Part shown: piece after piece, positions 62,020 through 64,000 of the stretch | How positions within the stretch are numbered: the first letter of the stretch is position 1 | Layout of the letters: each line of letters opens with the position of its first letter | Source of the DNA: Oscillospiraceae bacterium | GTDB lineage: Bacteria > Bacillota > Clostridia > Oscillospirales > Ruminococcaceae | Assembly: GCA_016281125.1 (NCBI GenBank) | Contig: JAEEIA010000060.1 | Span: 83,307 to 147,306 of the forward strand | Reading direction: 5' to 3' | Length of the DNA stretch: 64,000 nucleotides | Notes under the pieces: model-generated | Seen by the model: the letters and a program-made list of their open reading frames with translations, nothing else | The model's database searches: none | What the model was told of the DNA's origin: nothing | Program-made: the position numbers and the translations under genes

Positions 62020-64000
62020 ATGGGTATGGAGATCGACCGCTCCAAGCTGTCGCCGATGATGCAGCAGTATCTTGCGGTCAAGGATGCATCCGGTGATGCG
62101 ATTGTGTTCTTCCGGCTCGGGGACTTCTATGAGATGTTCTTTGACGATGCAATCCTTGTTTCCAAGCTGCTGGAGCTGACGCTGACCGGCCGCGACTGCG
62201 GTCTGCCGACGCGCGCGCCGATGTGCGGCGTGCCGTATCATGCCGTGGAGCAGTATCTGAAACGGCTTGTCAATCTCGGCTACCGCGTTGCCATTTGCGA
62301 GCAGATGGAGGATCCGGCACTGGCAAAGGGACTTGTCGAGCGCGGCGTCATCCGCGTGGTCACGCCGGGAACGCTGATTGAATCCAGCATGCTCGACGAA
62401 TCCAACTGCAATTATCTGGCTGCGGTGTGGAGCCGCGAAGAAGAAATCGCATTCTGCGCGGCGGATATTTCGACCGGCGCGGTCAATCTGCACCGGCTGG
62501 AGGGCAAATCCCGCACGGATGATTTAATCAGCCTGCTCGACCGCTATCATCCGTCCGAGCTGCTGATTACAAAGGATTTTCTGGATTATAAGCCTGTTGC
62601 AGACTTTCTCAAAACACGCACGAACTGCATGGTCACACTGCGGGACGACGCCTGCTTCTCTCCGGAGCAGCAGCGCGATACCGTGTTAAAGCAGTGCGCC
62701 GCCGAGAGCCTCACCGCACTCGGCATCTCCGAAAACGGTGCAGATGCGTGTGTCTGCTGCGGCCTGTTCCAGTATATCGCGGAAACGCAGCGCGCGCTGG
62801 TCGGCCGCTTTACCGAAATCACGATTCACGGCAAGGACGGCATCATGGGGCTGGACGCGAATGCCCGGCGCAATCTGGAGCTGACCGAAACGCTGCGCTC
62901 GCATGAGAAAAAGGGCTCACTGCTCGGCGTGCTCGACCAGACGGAAACCGCCATGGGGCGGCGTATGCTCCGCACATGGATGGAGCAGCCGCTGACGACG
63001 CCCGTCCGGATCATGGACAGACTGAACGCCGTCGAGGTGCTGATGAAGAACAGCGTCGCCATGACCGAGCTGCGTGACCTGCTGGACAAGGTGTTCGATC
63101 TGGAGCGCCTGATGTCCCGCGTCATGTTCCAGAAGGCGACGCCACGTGATATGAAGGCACTTTCGCAGACTGCCCTGCAGCTTCCCGCGATCAAGGCACA
63201 GCTTCAAACGCTGACGCAGTCCAAGCTGCTCAGTAAACTTGAATCCGAAATCTCCCCGCTGAACGAAATCTCCGACCTGATTGAGCGTGCGCTTGTCGAT
63301 GAACCGCCCGTGCAGATCAAGGACGGCGGCGTCATCCGCGAGGGCTTCCACCAGGAGCTCGACCAGCTCCGCCATGCGATGAACCACGGCACGGAGCTGA
63401 TTGCCGAAATCGAAAACCGCGAGCGCGAACGCACCGGCATCAAGAATCTGAAAACCGGATACAACCGCGTGTTCGGCTATTATCTTGAGGTGTCGCGGTC
63501 GTATTACGAGCAGGTGCCGCCGGAGTGGATCCGCAAGCAGACGCTCGCAAACTGTGAACGCTACATCACGCAGGAGCTCCGCGATGCGGAGAACACGATT
63601 GTCGGCGCAAAGGATAAGGCGCTGGCGCTTGAGGGCGTGATTTTCTCGGAGCTGCGCGAATTTCTGGCGCAGCAGCTCAAAACGGTGCAGGATACGGCGG
63701 CAGCCGTCGCGCAGGTAGACGTGCTTTGCTCGCTCGCGCTGACCGCACTGGAAAACGAATACTGCAAGCCGGAAATCGCAGTGGACGGCCGCATTGAAAT
63801 CCACGGCGGACGGCATCCGGTCGTGGAGCAGATGCTGACGGATTCGGTCTTTGTGCCGAATGACGTCCTGCTCGACCAGAAGGCAAACCGCCTTGCGATC
63901 ATCACCGGCCCGAACATGAGCGGCAAATCGACGTACATGCGTCAGACCGCGCTGATCGTGCTGATGGCGCAGATGGGCAGCTTTGTGCCCGCTTCGTATG
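62020..64000 (+). CDS. mutS: DNA mismatch repair protein MutS (N-terminal ~660 aa; continues past the window end)
   Basis: Absent from the ORF track because no stop falls in the window. My translation gives MGMEIDRSKLSPMMQQYLAVKD...FFRLGDFYEMFFDDA and a Walker A ITGPNMSGKSTYMRQ near 63900-63945. Confidence 0.9.
   Translation, partial: MGMEIDRSKLSPMMQQYLAVKDASGDAIVFFRLGDFYEMFFDDAILVSKLLELTLTGRDCGLPTRAPMCGVPYHAVEQYLKRLVNLGYRVAICEQMEDPALAKGLVERGVIRVVTPGTLIESSMLDESNCNYLAAVWSREEEIAFCAADISTGAVNLHRLEGKSRTDDLISLLDRYHPSELLITKDFLDYKPVADFLKTRTNCMVTLRDDACFSPEQQRDTVLKQCAAESLTALGISENGADACVCCGLFQYIAETQRALVGRFTEITIHGKDGIMGLDANARRNLELTETLRSHEKKGSLLGVLDQTETAMGRRMLRTWMEQPLTTPVRIMDRLNAVEVLMKNSVAMTELRDLLDKVFDLERLMSRVMFQKATPRDMKALSQTALQLPAIKAQLQTLTQSKLLSKLESEISPLNEISDLIERALVDEPPVQIKDGGVIREGFHQELDQLRHAMNHGTELIAEIENRERERTGIKNLKTGYNRVFGYYLEVSRSYYEQVPPEWIRKQTLANCERYITQELRDAENTIVGAKDKALALEGVIFSELREFLAQQLKTVQDTAAAVAQVDVLCSLALTALENEYCKPEIAVDGRIEIHGGRHPVVEQMLTDSVFVPNDVLLDQKANRLAIITGPNMSGKSTYMRQTALIVLMAQMGSFVPASY

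Overview
The window is a high-GC Firmicutes/Clostridia-type chromosomal segment. The organism looks like a spore-former (spo0A, spoIVB, a SleC-like cortex lytic cluster, a truncated dpaA). It also carries dockerin-bearing, cellulosome-style proteins, which suggests Oscillospiraceae/Ruminococcaceae, but the taxonomy is inference only. The content is mostly core genes. These include a V-type ATPase operon (G/H-like, C, I, K, F, E, A), an AI-2E permease and glycogen/starch genes (GH13, glgP). Also present are dapL, ychF, tadA, nagA, ddl-murF, scpB, deoB, rimM-trmD, ptsH, miaB, a ymcA-like gene, mutS and one tRNA-Ala(CGC). No rRNA, CRISPR array, transposase, integrase or recognisable defence genes were found. 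Most long ORFs in the track that lie antisense to these genes are high-GC shadow ORFs. The most interesting non-coding signal is a roughly 60-110 bp structured repeat family with a GGTATCTCCGAYGGATT terminus. It has at least ten copies here. Each copy is co-oriented with the gene upstream and begins at or just after that gene's stop codon. Copies sit at a truncated dpaA, at a remodelled permease C-terminus and beside a low-GC orphan gene. Other leads are: an Lsa-like ARE ABC-F gene with a textbook attenuator leader (2-codon uORF plus terminator); a promoter-to-terminator orphan transcript with C-rich anti-SD loops (candidate sRNA); an ECF sigma / dockerin-bearing anti-sigma pair; a SleC-like enzyme split into separate prodomain and catalytic genes; a LacI-type sugar-sensor-GGDEF protein; and a visibly AT-richer 5-gene accessory operon. 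All family calls rest on motifs I read in the translations. No database search was run.
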